Assembly (NCBI GenBank): GCA_973895155.1
Contig: OZ316895.1
Location: forward strand, 11,667,958 to 11,731,957
Source of the DNA: Marsupella aquatica
Lineage: Eukaryota > Plantae > Marchantiophyta
Reading direction: 5' to 3'
DNA length: 64,000 nucleotides
Shown in pieces: positions 35,801-48,266 of this stretch. A model generated the notes under the pieces. That model saw only the letters and a list, made by a program, of their open reading frames with translations, had not been told where the DNA came from and did no database searches. The stretch's first letter is position 1, and every line of letters begins with the position of its first letter. A program made the translations under genes and the position numbers.

Positions 35801-38800
35801 GTCTGAATAATGACAGCAGTAGGCTCTTCAGTTGGTTCATCCGAAGGAGGTTCCTCGGGCTTGGACACAGAAGCCCCTAGAGACCGCCTGTTCAACTCCT
35901 CAAGTTTTGCCAAAGCTTTTGCTTTCTGTTCCTTAATTCTCTCATCCTCCTCTTTCCGCAACTGTATCGCTCTCTGTGCTGCAATTTCCTTCATTCTTGC
36001 ACGCTGCATGAGTTCAACGCCCTATTACTTTCGAGAAGCATGTGCAAGACAGGAAGTAGACATATTGAAGTCGAGTAACTTCAGACCCCATGGTACCAAA
36101 TCAAAAACTTGTGACAGAGATTCCATCCACAGAATATATTCAATTGAAATTCAGAGAGAAAAACAATGCTGACCTGGGCCTCATAATCATATGAGTCAAC
36201 ATTGGATAAATTTTCGGAGTCAATCCCTGCGTTTTCTGCAGAGCCTGCCGCCCCTCCCGGTGAAGGGACTCCACCACTTGACTGTTTAGGACTAGCTGTT
36301 GACGAAGGTCGTGAAACCTCGGTAGTTATGTCGGTAACAGGAACAACCTTGGGTCTCCACTCCTTCTCACCATCATGACTATTCAAAGACTTACTTTTGG
36401 GTCTGATATCGTCTTTCACCAGTGCCTCGGCTGCAATCGATGAGACAGATAACTCTGTAGATGAGGTTTCGGTAATATTTACAATGTCGCTGTGCGGACT
36501 TTCAGGACCTGGATCCCCAACACGCTTCAAAATGCGTACTTTCTCGTTACCTTTCTGACCATCTGATGCGGACGGAGAGGTCGGATCACTTGACTGCATG
36601 TGCTTTTCTTGCACGGGGGGAGAAGCAACCTCCTCTGAAAGAAGAGTTTCAGCAGTAGATGGCCTGGAACCTTGAGTGACACTAGGCGTGGTCGGTCTGC
36701 TTTTCGAACTACCACTGGCATGCAATCCAGGTCGCAGAGAAGCACTCACTGAAGGTACGACACTAGATGTGACTGGGTTAGTCTCCTTCTTACTCCCTAC
36801 AGCCCTTCCAGTGTGAGGCGAAGAGATAGGTTCTCTTCCAAAACTCCGATCTCTTGTTTGTGCTCTCCCCCAACGTTTTTCCGAGGACTCACTGCTTTCA
36901 GAGACATGAACCTTCTTTGCAAGCTGGTCCTTTGTCTCCAACGGACTGACGTCTTCTCCTCTAATCTTTGAGACTGAACCACCAGACTCTAACTCCTTTA
37001 GTTTGCGTGTTTGCACATGTTCGCCTTCACTGGTGCCACTTGACTTGGGAGCCTGCACCACAACAGCATCCTTAGCTTCTCCACCGTCAACTGCCTTGTC
37101 CGTAGGCAGTTCGGGAGAATCTTCAATCTTCAAGTGATCCACATGTTTCCTTTCACTCCCTGTTTGTATGGTGTCACTATGCAACCCTGGTTCAGATTGA
37201 GTCATTTTATTACCTGGACCTGGCGATGCAGATGAGACGTCCTCCTCAAATACTGGCTTTGAGAAGTCCATTGGTTCATCACTGCTGGCAGCCGCCCCCC
37301 AGTCACGGTGGCTTCCCTGATGACCTCCACGTGAAGATGGCCTTTGCAATTCACTTGTCAAATTACTACTCATAATATGTCCTGCTCTGCGACTTTCTCC
37401 AGGATCCTGAAACGAAGTCAGTCGTCCTCCATCCTTGTAAAGTCCACTCTCTTTGGTGTATGCCCCTCCATCCTTATAGCCCGGCCCATCTTTAAAATTG
37501 ACATTGTCTTTGTATTTCGGCCCTTCACGATAACCTTCACCATCATAGCCCATAGACTCGTTGCGCTCCCTACTGATGCCCAAGTTATTCGGCATGTGGC
37601 GAGGTCCTGGCCCAGGTCCTCCGTGCGGATAACGACCATAAGGTTCAACAGGTGGACCTTGTGGGTAGTTTCCATACATTCCAGGAGGACCATTCATTCC
37701 AAGCATCATCATCTCACGTTCATCCATATTACCATAGCCAGGTCCTGGTGGTCCGTAGTAGTTGTCATAAGGACCCGGACCTTGATACATCCCTGGTCCC
37801 ATAGGAGGCCCAGGTCTTGGAGGAGCACCACCTGGTCTACCAAAAGGGGCTGTGTTTCCATACATATCACCATGTCGACCATATCCACCAGGACCTGGAC
37901 CTGGGCCTGGACCTCCACTTCTAGAATAAGGCCCTTGCCCAGGTGCAGGATATCTCTGCTGATGCATAAATGCAGGATCAGGTTGAAACCTTCCAGGGCC
38001 GGGAGGCCCATATGGACCGACAGGTGGACCACCTCTGCGCCAGTTCTCATCTGATGGGCCACCACCTGGAGCTGCTCCATGACCAGCTTCTCTGCGCCAT
38101 GTATCAGCCACTTGTGGTTGACCCCCACCATACGGTTGAATTGGTGCAGGCCCTTCCTTGTGCCAACTAGCGTCTGTCATCCCTGGATGGCCTCCATATG
38201 GTCTTCCTTCCCGCCGCCACCCCTCGGGCATTCTTTCCTGACCTCCATAAGCTCCAGGAGACGTTGGCCGTGGTTCGTCTGAAGAAAGAACATAGCCTTA
38301 CCAGTGAACTTATGATTGAAATAAAAATCACTTCTGATTATTAACCCATAAACTAAAGTTTTGTCTCTTTCTTGCCACTCAACAGAGGTTCATGAGGTTG
38401 GTATGGGATTGAACAACCGAGTGGAAGTTGACATCACGTCCTTATCATATTCAAGGCACCTTCTAATGCAACTATTACACTAGTGAAGGATGTAGCTCCT
38501 TGACTTAGCAACTTTGAGTTGCCCAAAACTATTAACATTACTTCCAGCGGCTCGGTAGGGTATAAGTTAGGAAGAGACCACAAAGCTATCAAATTTAACA
38601 CAGAGGACGGGAAGCCTTTCATTAAAAGGATAGAATGTAGACTTGTATTAAAGATGGCGACACAGTCCAGTACAAATCTTACCATAAGGACCAGTTGGGC
38701 CAGATGGTGGCCTCTCCTCAGTAAGAGGCACCCTTTCACCCCCAGATGCTGGGCGATCACCCGAAACACTACCTGGTAGGCACAAACAAAATTCTTGATT

Positions 38801-41131
38801 TCAATGATCCATGTCGCCAGGCCAAAGTAAACTACATTTGACGTCTACGTGAAAGAAATCCTCGAGAATTCAAAGGATATAGAAACAAAAATATCGTCAG
38901 TGTAGTGCAAGGGAGTCTAGTAAGCAACTTTGAAGAACGTCATTGATATGTCAGAGAACATACCAGTCTTATTCTGCTGAGGACGAAGGTCAGGATTCTT
39001 CTCTGACCCCAACGTTGGGAAGTCAACACGGGTCAATGTAAAGCGGGCAGGTTGATGAGGCTCTTCACCCTGCAAAATGCAAAACGTTACTGGTGCTGCT
39101 GGTGTACACATTCCTACCCACCAGATCACATCACTCTCCTCTTAACTCGGAAAACTATGAGTACAAAACACACTCAAACCAGGCCCAGCATAACTATTGT
39201 GAAAGACGTTTTAACAAAGTAAGTTTGAGATTATCGTCCACAAAAAATCCACTTCAACTAACGCTTGTGTCCATTCACCGGCAAATAACTAAGCTGTTGG
39301 GCCCCGACAATTAGGGAGAATAAGCACAACCTAACACAAAAACACATAAGGTTATCCTAGACGCCAGTCAAAACATACCAATTTCCGAGCTCCTCCGGCA
39401 CCCCCCCAAGCAGCAGGTGACGGAGCAGCAGGTCCATTTGTCTGGTCAGCAAATCGAGTCAATGCTGGTGCTTGTGCCCTTGTTTCTGCACTGCGAGGTC
39501 TAACGGAAGGTGACTGCGGTTGAGCCTGTCCTAAAACCCCAGAAGCAGAAGACGGTCGAGCCGTTACTGGGCCCCATGCATTTGCCGCTGCCCCTGTTTC
39601 CTGAGTTTGCCGCAAACTGCCTGCTGATGAGGGTCGGGTGCCACTTCCAGCAGATGATGGACGAGGTGGATGTCCACCCCATGGTACCCCACTGCTGACC
39701 GTTCCTGGTCCACCGCTTGCTGTAGCTGATCCACTGCTGCCCGCTGTAGACGGTCGAGGCGGTGCACCAGCCCATGGTCCACTACTCACAGGAGGGGATG
39801 ATGACTGTGCAGAGTTACCCCATGGACCAGCACTAGTTGGAGGCGAACCCGTTCCACCCCAGCTGACACTCCCCCTGCACCATAGTGAGGACAACCTAAT
39901 TAGAATAAAACAAGCTTTTGTGACTATAGAACGCTTTTGTGACTGTAGAAGCTCCAAGGCCTTAGGTTGAATATGACTATGCCCAGAATCTTGCCCTCAA
40001 CATCTTCCACTCGGTTGTCTCCTCTGCCGTTACTCTCGCACCACCGTTTGGCATACTGACTTCCGTTTTCTTTATATGTATCAGAGTTCACCAAAGAGGT
40101 GTCGGGAGATGAGAATATCCCATACATAAAAGAGTCGATCTTAATACGAGTGCTGAGAAGTGTATTCTATTCAACAAAACCTTCCCACTAATATAATCCA
40201 CCACATCGACACTTGTGAACCAGAACCCAAGGCTCTAAATTGCCTCCGTCTGTTCACAAGACTCCATGACAGCAAACTCTCCGCCCTTCTTGCTTTCCAG
40301 AAAGCACTCTATCACCATTTCTCCTATCATTCGTAGAACGATTGACGCCCCTGGCTCTGGTGCAGTTTCGGAAGCAGATTAAGTCGCAGGTCCCATGGTA
40401 GATACTCTTCCACAACCAAAAACCATGCTTCGTGTCCATCATAATCCAAGGGGACTTACATCAAACGAACTTCAAGGATAGACTTCTCTTGTCTCATTCG
40501 GCAGTGCAAGAAATATGGCGACAGCTCTGACTGAGAGCCCAGAAACTTTAAAAAAACAACCCGACCTAAACCGTTTCCAGAACTTGTAAGAATTCAACAA
40601 GTAACATCACCCAGTTTTAGCCGAGTAAAACATCCCAGATATTCCCAGAGCAGAAGAATAAGTAACCACAAATGGATCGCATAGCCATGTCCTTGAATAA
40701 AGGAATTTGCCACTCGACGAATGACATTTCGGACGCTGGAACCATACCTAGGAACAATCTCCACATTGGGATCCAGTCCCCGATTCTCCAACCTGGTGAG
40801 TACATACAAGTAAGATATACTAGCCATTTCAACGACCAGGAGGTTCCAGCAAAATAATACCAATGTAACAAAGAACTGGAATGACAGTAAAATTCCAAAC
40901 CCACTACTTCATGCTCATCCAACTGAATTAAAATAATAATATACTGACAAATGAAAAGTACGAAGAACCAAGCAAAGATTACAAATCTCGAAGGACTCTA
41001 CCCAGTATGAACGCTGAACGTGCAAACCTAGGGCCAGCCAATCAACTTATCCCGTAAAAACTGCGCTCTGAAGTTTCTTACCTTTGGCTTGGTAGATTAA
41101 CAGGCTTCGGCACTTTCCCGAGAACAGTCAT
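32821..41131 (-). CDS. MOS1: MODIFIER OF SNC1 1-like (BAT2/PRRC2-family) protein, ~2024 aa; predicted exons 41082-41131, 40748-40792, 39379-39874, 38964-39069, 38683-38772, 36174-38278, 32821-36003
   Basis: BAT2_N-type MTVLGKVPKPVNLPSQR|LENRGLDPNVEIVPR|GSVSWG, RPSSASG, LTRFAD and DFPTLGSEK. Coiled coil DYEAQ|RARMKEIAAQRAIQLRKEEDERIKEQKAKALAKLEELNRR, then WAPVRSP and RAELERYTPKP. All junctions are GT-AG and phase-consistent. The frame is open upstream of the ATG, so the true start could be further 5'. Confidence 0.88.
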
Positions 41132-42539
41132 GCCCCTCCGGCCAGACACCGGTCTGCAAAACAACGACACACAAATCAAACGCGTGAGAAAAATGAGCTG
41201 AACGAATATTCCACAATCGAAATGGGGAAAATGCTGTTATTGCTGCGCGGGATAATTGAATGCGCTTCACTTCGTTGACACAATCAAGGTGTAACACGCG
41301 ATGTTTCACATCCAGAAACCATCAATCATATCAACCAGAGAAGACTCTTCCCCATGCCGTTGAGTAAGGTCAACCTTTATCCTCAGCGGCATGGCTGAAC
41401 GAAGAACAATATAAAGTGTGTGGAATCAACTAGGTGTTCAGTCGTTGCGGTCATGGCGTCTGAGTGCTTCCCTTTTCCTACAACTACTGACAAGCCCATA
41501 AAGCACAATAAATTCGTAAAGCCTAAGAAATGTAGACTGCAGACACTGTCTCCTTCCAAAAAATTATTTTCCTTAGGTTATTTGTGTGCCCAATCTCGAA
41601 TGTATGCCCTATTTTACTCACTACTTCACTTAATGTTCTCTACCCTTAGCAGATGACCAGCTGATCCATACGTGAGACATGAGTGGCATGCTAGGCAGTA
41701 CTAATCTGCTAAGAAATTGTAGAACAACTACGGTATACAAAACACTGGCGCCGTGAGCCCTAGTATTCCATTCATTGCGGTACTACCTGCTAGTTTATGG
41801 GCTTCTAGTTGAAAAACTTCGCTAAGATTCTCAGTCCGAGGCTAAACGAATGCAAGCCATGGCAACATTACAAGAACGTGCCCGGAAGTCGAAGATCGTA
41901 GGAACAACCCTGACATAGACTGAAATTTCCAACCCACCCCACCCCTTCCTCCAGATAAGGTATTCGAATAGGTCGTTTTCGAGAAAGATTTAAGGTGTTC
42001 AAATAAACCGCGGCAGACGGCAGTAGTGGAAAAGAGTACAGATAGGGTTAGATTGTACGAGACGTTTCAGAACGACATTCAGCTCGTCATCCAACTTTTT
42101 GGCCATAACCATTCCTTAAGAATAGAGATTTCGAGTAAAAGAAGAGGAAGCACCTTCCGACCCCGGTCGACATGGCTGACGTTCAAATTCCGGAGAGGTA
42201 GGACCGATATATCGAGGTCAATGATTGTCAGATACTCAAGACCTGCTTCAAACAACCACAACCACTCCATTCAGAATCTGTCTCTCCATCTCTCGCGCAG
42301 CAACAAGGGCCTCTGCGTCGATCTACTCCTGTCCACCCTAGACTAGGGATCTGAGGACGACGTAAGCCGCTAAAACCAAAATAGGGCTTCTCTCAGATGC
42401 ACAAACTCGCAAAAACGGGATCCCATCACTCTACCGATCTTCATTCCATCGAGGCCACATTCAAGCAAAGCCGCTACACGTCAATACTCCCATCGCCAGT
42501 GACCCTCCCCGCCTTCCCACGCTTTTCAGATTCCCAACG

Positions 42540-43205
42540 CACACACACAGACACACACACACACAACCACATCCAATCCAAACCAGAAAAGAAAAGAAAA
42601 GAAAAGAAAAGAAACGCAGAGTTAGCACTCACGAAAGCAGGTTACGAGACACACAGAAGTGGCGTACCTAACCGCATTTAAGGTGCAGTTACATAAACCT
42701 GCAAACAGACACGGGATTAAAACGATGTGCAGATTAAACGCTCGCGGCGATGTGTGGGCGGGCGGGGGCTGGCTGGTGGATCGATGCTGCTGCACGCCGA
42801 TGCCCCAGCAATGAAGAGAGGGGGGAAGGAAAGGAGGGAAGATGGGAGGAAGGAAGGAAGGAAGGGAGGGAGGAGGGGAGGGGGGAGAGAGAGAGAGTAA
42901 GAAGAAAGGGGGGAAGAGAATGAATGGGTTGCAAATCGTAGATCTGCGACGGGACTCGTTTGTTATACGAGTGGGCAGGGTCATGGGCAGAGAGCCATAC
43001 AGGTAGGCAGAAAAGAACGAGACGAAAACGAAGAGGGGGAGAAAGGCAGGGCAGGGCGGAACAGGGCAGGGCAAGGGGCACAAGGGGACGAAAACTCGGG
43101 TGGCCGGGCGAGGAGCGAGCACACACACACACACACACACACACACGAAGAGGAGAGGAGAGGAGAGGAGAGGAGATGAGATGATACGAGGTGAGATGAG
43201 ACCAG
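42540..43205. repeat. Microsatellite/low-complexity cluster in the MOS1 5' region: (AC)n, (AAAAG)n, (GGAA)n, (GAGAG)n
   Basis: Read directly. Typical plant 5'UTR/first-intron pyrimidine tracts on the minus strand. Confidence 0.8.
42668..42698 (-). promoter_or_regulatory. Predicted 31-nt leader micro-exon of MOS1-like gene containing two upstream ATGs
   Basis: Minus strand tttgcag|gtttatgtaactgcaccttaaatgcggttag|gtacgc, with strong acceptor and donor. Confidence 0.5.
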
Positions 43206-43369
43206 ACCACGAGAGAAAAGCTTGTTCGTAACTCTTCCTTTCTTTCCTTTCCCTACACGATTTCTTGTCAGTTCAGCCTCTCTTAGTCTTGTACCAAACT
43301 CCGAAGTGGCGCCCACCTCGGCTTCCTTTCTTTCCGCTCATGGGTACAGTGGCTAGGGGTTGCGGTCGG

Positions 43370-44820
43370 CCGGGTGTAAAGCCCCGTTTCCTACAGTAGT
43401 TTCCTACAGTAGTTTCCTACAGTAGTTTCCTAGTTTCCTTTGTACCGAGTTTTTCTCCTTGATGCTCTTAGTGACCTTTTCTTTTTGTAGCTTTTGGTAC
43501 ACCTCCAACCTAAGGGGATTTTGCTGTGAGCCGGGTGTAAAGCCCCGTTTTCTTTGCAGGGAGTGTTTTTTAAACCGTCACTGTGTCCCCGTAGCAAAAC
43601 CTGGTGGATCCAGGTTACCAAAACGAGTTAAGAATGTTATTAAAAAACTAAAACAGTTCAATTTTTTTGTCTTCCCTGAACTTGATGGAGAGTGGCGGTT
43701 TAAGGAGGCACAATTCTCCTTAATGCCTGTAGTGGTTTTTCTTTTTGTAATACTTGGTGTGTAAGAGCATCTCCAACCCCTTCTCTGTGCGTGTGCTCCT
43801 CCATTTAGCCCCCTTAATTTCTGTCTAGTTATTGCCTGTCTCCTCCTCTCAGACAGGTGTTACATCACGTACAAAACTTAGTATGATACCACTTCGATGA
43901 ATGGCTCGCAATGCTGTATCTCTCCCTGGACCTGGGCCATTAATCATAACTTTGGCTTGTTTCAAACCTTGATCAATTAAAATCCACGTAGCATTTTCTG
44001 CTGCAGTTTGAGCAGCAAAAGGTGTACTTTTTTTTGCCCCCTTAAACCCACAAGCACCAGCAGAAGACCAAGAAACTACTTGTCCACATATATCCGTAAC
44101 TGTTACAATTGTATTATTAAAACTTGCTTGAATATGAATAACTCCTTTGGGTTAGTTCAAGTAGCAACTGGTTTTGCAATGACTTTCTTTTATCGTCCTA
44201 CTGTAGTTGAAGCTTTTTAATCGGTTCAATATATAATCACTCAAGTCAATTTTGGTTGGCTCATTCGTTCAGTTCATAGATGGTCAGCGTGTTGCTTCGC
44301 TCTGGTTCTCCTGTTAATAAAGTTTGTTTGGGTGTTGCCCCCCCCCACCCCCCCCCCCCCCCCACACACACACACACAAAACCTAAAAAACAGAGAATCT
44401 CCAACCCAAAGGGATTTTGCTGTCGGCCGGTGTAAAGCCCCGTTTCCTAGTTTCCCTTGTATAGAGTGTTTCTTAAGGAGGTGCTATTCTCCTTAATGCC
44501 TACAGTGATTTTTCTTTTTTGTAAATTTTGGTACTTAAGAGCATCTCCAACCCAAGGGGATTTTGCTGTCAGCGGGGTGTAAAGGCCAGTTTCCTAGTTT
44601 CTCTTGTATGGAGAGTTTCTTAAGGAGAAGTCTCTCCTTAATGCCCTTAGTGATCTTTCTGTTTGTACTTTTTGGTGCTTAAGAGCATCTCCAACCCAAT
44701 GGGATTTTGCTGTCAGCCCAGTGTAAATCTCATTTCCTAGTTTCCTTTGTATGGAGTGTTAGGGAGGTGTTTTTCTCCTGATTGCCCCCAGTGATTTTAT
44801 TTTTTGTAATTTTTGTAATC
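43370..44820. repeat. Two clusters of a ~144-bp unit beginning with a PIF/Harbinger (Tourist)-like end TAA-GAGCATCTCCAAC
   Basis: taagagcatctccaac at 43762, 44536 and 44680, with variants at ~43500 and 44393. Except at 43762, each is followed by gggattttgctgt...ggtgtaaagccccgttt. The period is 144 bp in 44392-44820. A 13-bp gtttcctacagta x3 repeat lies at 43386-43430. Confidence 0.75.
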
Positions 44821-45438
44821 AAGAACTACAATACAATGTTCCATCTTTTTATGAAGTGATAGTCTTTTGAATTTGAAGGGCCCAAAAAGTAAAGAAACTG
44901 ACCAAAGAGAAGGTATAAACCAAAATAGAATTATATTTTCGGACCCCACTAGAGGTCCCTTCCAAAATTCCTGGCACCACAGCGTGCCATGTCAACAACA
45001 ACCGCAACAAACAAGACTCTTCGGTTTGGTGAATCAAACTTATAGTTTTCATTCGTGTTTGTGTCAATTTGGGTGTAAATTTTGGGACGCCGTGCCGTAA
45101 AAAGAAAAGTAAAAACATTGGAAATGCAAAGAGCAAGACGGTTAAAACTGTCACAATGTAACCGTTTTAGTTACATTTCCAATTTTAAAACTTAAATTCA
45201 AAGAATTATAAAAAGTATTTTTCATATAATAAATAATGACTAATAACTAACTTGATAACTTCCTTGTTAAACCGCAACTCCCGGTATGTAAGGACCTCTC
45301 GTATTGTACGGCATTAATGCTGGGAAGAGCACATAGAAACCCAGGATCGAGGAGGAGGAATGGCTGGAATCTTGAAAGTTTATCGAATTTTATACTCAAA
45401 ACTATTTACTCATTCTCAAAACAAAAAATACCCAGTCG

Positions 45439-45705
45439 TAGATCTCATTGAGATCTTTCTTTTGCACCCTAGATCGCCTTCTAACATGGATGAATAAGAT
45501 TTCTAGAGGCATTACAAAATGGATGACAAAGATCTTAAAATCAACAAAATCGACGGCTAGGAAGGTTTGGATTGGTTTAATTTTTCATTTGAAAAATATT
45601 AACCCATTTGCAAAACGGACAGAACCCATCCATAGATCTATTTGAGATCTTTCTTTTGAGCCATAGATTGGCCATTATGATAGACGGACGAGATTTCCAA
45701 AGATA
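45439..45705. repeat. Degenerate direct repeat pair (tagatct..ttgagatctttctttt...)
   Basis: Copies start at 45439 and 45633. Confidence 0.55.
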
Positions 45706-46130
45706 AGAAATGGAGATGGCTCAGATCGACTCTTCCCCCTAATTTTATTAGCCAAGGGGTCCACGAACTAATTAGTTTGAAGGAGAGAGTGACATGTTTT
45801 CCAAGCAAGAAATAAAGGAGAGTGCCAATGCAGGATAATCAAGTACTTTATGGATCATCTATGCATAGTACCATCCATGCATGGAAAATACTCCTCTCCA
45901 TGCCTATACATTCATATCAAGTACCCCCAAGATAATGTGTCATACGAGGAGTTTAATTGATTACAAAGATTACATAATGTAATAGAAAAACAAAAGTAGT
46001 GAAAAAAGAGGGAAAAAGGGGGGGCAGGCTGTTTAAGAATTAAAATTAATTAACAAAACAGAAAAATACAAAGGCAAAAGTCATTCTTACCTGGTGGTAC
46101 TTTGTGGTTGCTGTCGCACTATTTTTGTGC

Positions 46131-46760
46131 CATGACATCTTATTCTAGATAACATTTTTTGCATAATAAGATATTTTTAGCAAACAAATATTTTACTCAA
46201 TGATATATTTTGCACTATGATATTTTTACAAAGAACATCTTTAGTGTAATGTCATCTATTCCCACATCTATTATGCATTTACATCTTTTGCCAAACGATA
46301 TATATTATTACTTAGACATCTTTTGCTCAATGATGTCTTTTACTTAACCATCTTTTGAGCAACAACATATTTTATTATATACATTTTTTGTACAACATCT
46401 TTTACTTAACAACATCTTTAACTAGCAAGATTTTTTTACTTGACAACATCTTGGACATAACAACATTATTGGCATCACAACATCTTTTTATTTGATGACA
46501 TATTTATTACTTTACAACATCTTTGGTAACAAACCTTCTTTTATTTTACAATATCTTTGACATCATGACATCTTTCACACAACGAAATATTTTTACTTGA
46601 CTACATCTTTGGTGACACAACTTCTTTTTTCTGAATGACAGCTTTTTACTTCACTACATTTTTGGCGAGAAGACCTAATTTTTCCTGACTACATCTTTTA
46701 CATAACAACATCTTTGGTGACGTACACAACTTCTTTGTTCTTAATGACATCTTTTGTGTA
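46131..46760. repeat. Degenerate ~20-bp repeat tract (acaacatcttttt), reverse complement of the 27.2-28.3 kb tract
   Basis: Many (g/a)acatctttt motifs at a ~19-21 bp spacing. Confidence 0.7.
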
Positions 46761-48266
46761 ACTTACGGGTATTGAGCTAGTTTTCAATAAAAGTTAAGTC
46801 ACCCACAGCATTGTAGCCAAGTAGATAAGTTAGTTTGTAAGAAGACCCTACTCAAACCATCCCTGTACTCACCCTTGTACCTTCTTAAAACGCTCCAATC
46901 ATCTACTCTAGATGAATTCAAATTTGTTTTCCAAGTGGCACTTGCTATTTTCATTGAAAATCCACTTCATGAGGACCAAGATTTACTCTCTCCAAACCTG
47001 AACTTGTACTTCTCTCTTTCGGTGAACTTTTACTAACATCTCAGTTTTTTATTATCAAACACAAACAAGAATTGCCACTCATCAACTAGGATGAATGAAT
47101 TGCAAAAGCAGAGGAACAGGAGACAAACAAGGAATTTGAGATTGTTTTTCTTTTCTTGAATTCTCAAAGGGGACACTGCCTTGATCAAAGCTGTAAAAAC
47201 TGGCTTGCAGCAGGGAAAACCTCTAGTTTGTAATTTTGTAATCTTTTATATAATTCTTTTATAAAATACCACCCGTGTCTTCACTTAACACATTCAATTT
47301 TGTCTTCACTTAACGCATTCAATTTGCACCATTCAATTTGCACGCGACTGTGCGAAACAGGTTATGGGCGACCAAAGACAAACAAGAGTAGAACCCTTTG
47401 ATCAGGAATTCAATTTGAGATGTACTGGGCACAAATCATCCCTGGTACCTGAGTTAGACCACCAGACCCCACTTAGATTGTCAGGAATTAATTGAGAATG
47501 TAATTGAATGAAGGAGACTAGATTAACTACAGGAGCTAGACCAATCAAACCATCTAATTTTGCAGTTCATAACTATGATAGAGCCATACTTCCCCTTTGA
47601 ATAAGGAGCATAATGAGGATGGACAACATTAAACTAAACTGAGAATGCCAACCTTTGTTTTTCAATTGACATCCTCAATCTCGAACCTTTTTACAGTCAT
47701 ACACATAAAATATACGACAGAGAAATCAAAATTATGTGTGGTTACAACTAACATCACTACACTCTTCCCCCACATCCTCCACCATGGTGGTATAACATGA
47801 ACAAAAAGTGGATAAGTTTGTGGGGAACAATAAATAATGTAATAATGACAAATACATTTATATTCCATTTGTAACAAGGAGGAGACACTCTTGAAAGTTC
47901 TTGACCATGTTACAAAGACTAATTTCATATACAAAGACCAAAGCTTGTATTGAGGCTAATAAATATTGTGGGCAAGTGACAAAGCTTGGGGCAGTTCGTG
48001 TTCCATGGGTCCCGTCTGACTTGTGTATTGGGTAAAGTTCTTCCTCAAAGCAAACATTCCAGGAGGCAAGCACGGTGCAGCCCATAAGCTCTTGGTTGGG
48101 AGCCAAGGTTGACTCCTGCAAGTACACTTTGTAACACTCACGCAACTGAAGCAAGGTACATTGAAAAAGCTAATTATAATTTGAAAAAAGGTCTCTAGGG
48201 AAAAAGGTGTGCAACTTGGAGTACAAATGTAGGCTCAAAGCTCAATAATGGTAGTCAAGCCCTATT

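Noticed and set aside
33042-39970. Many overlapping alternative-frame and antisense ORFs within MOS1 exons
   Set aside because: Shadow ORFs of a low-complexity coding sequence with no recognisable motifs.
784-41131. Functional cluster of NLR regulators (EDM2-like plus MOS1)
   Set aside because: Both regulate NLR genes in Arabidopsis, but the PHD ORF is mobile TE cargo ~30 kb away, so the proximity is most likely chance.
42622-43316. ORFs with CVCVC, PPSLP or HTHT runs
   Set aside because: Translations of microsatellites.
47660-48160. Possible coding relic on the minus strand
   Set aside because: No recognisable domain; short broken ORFs only.
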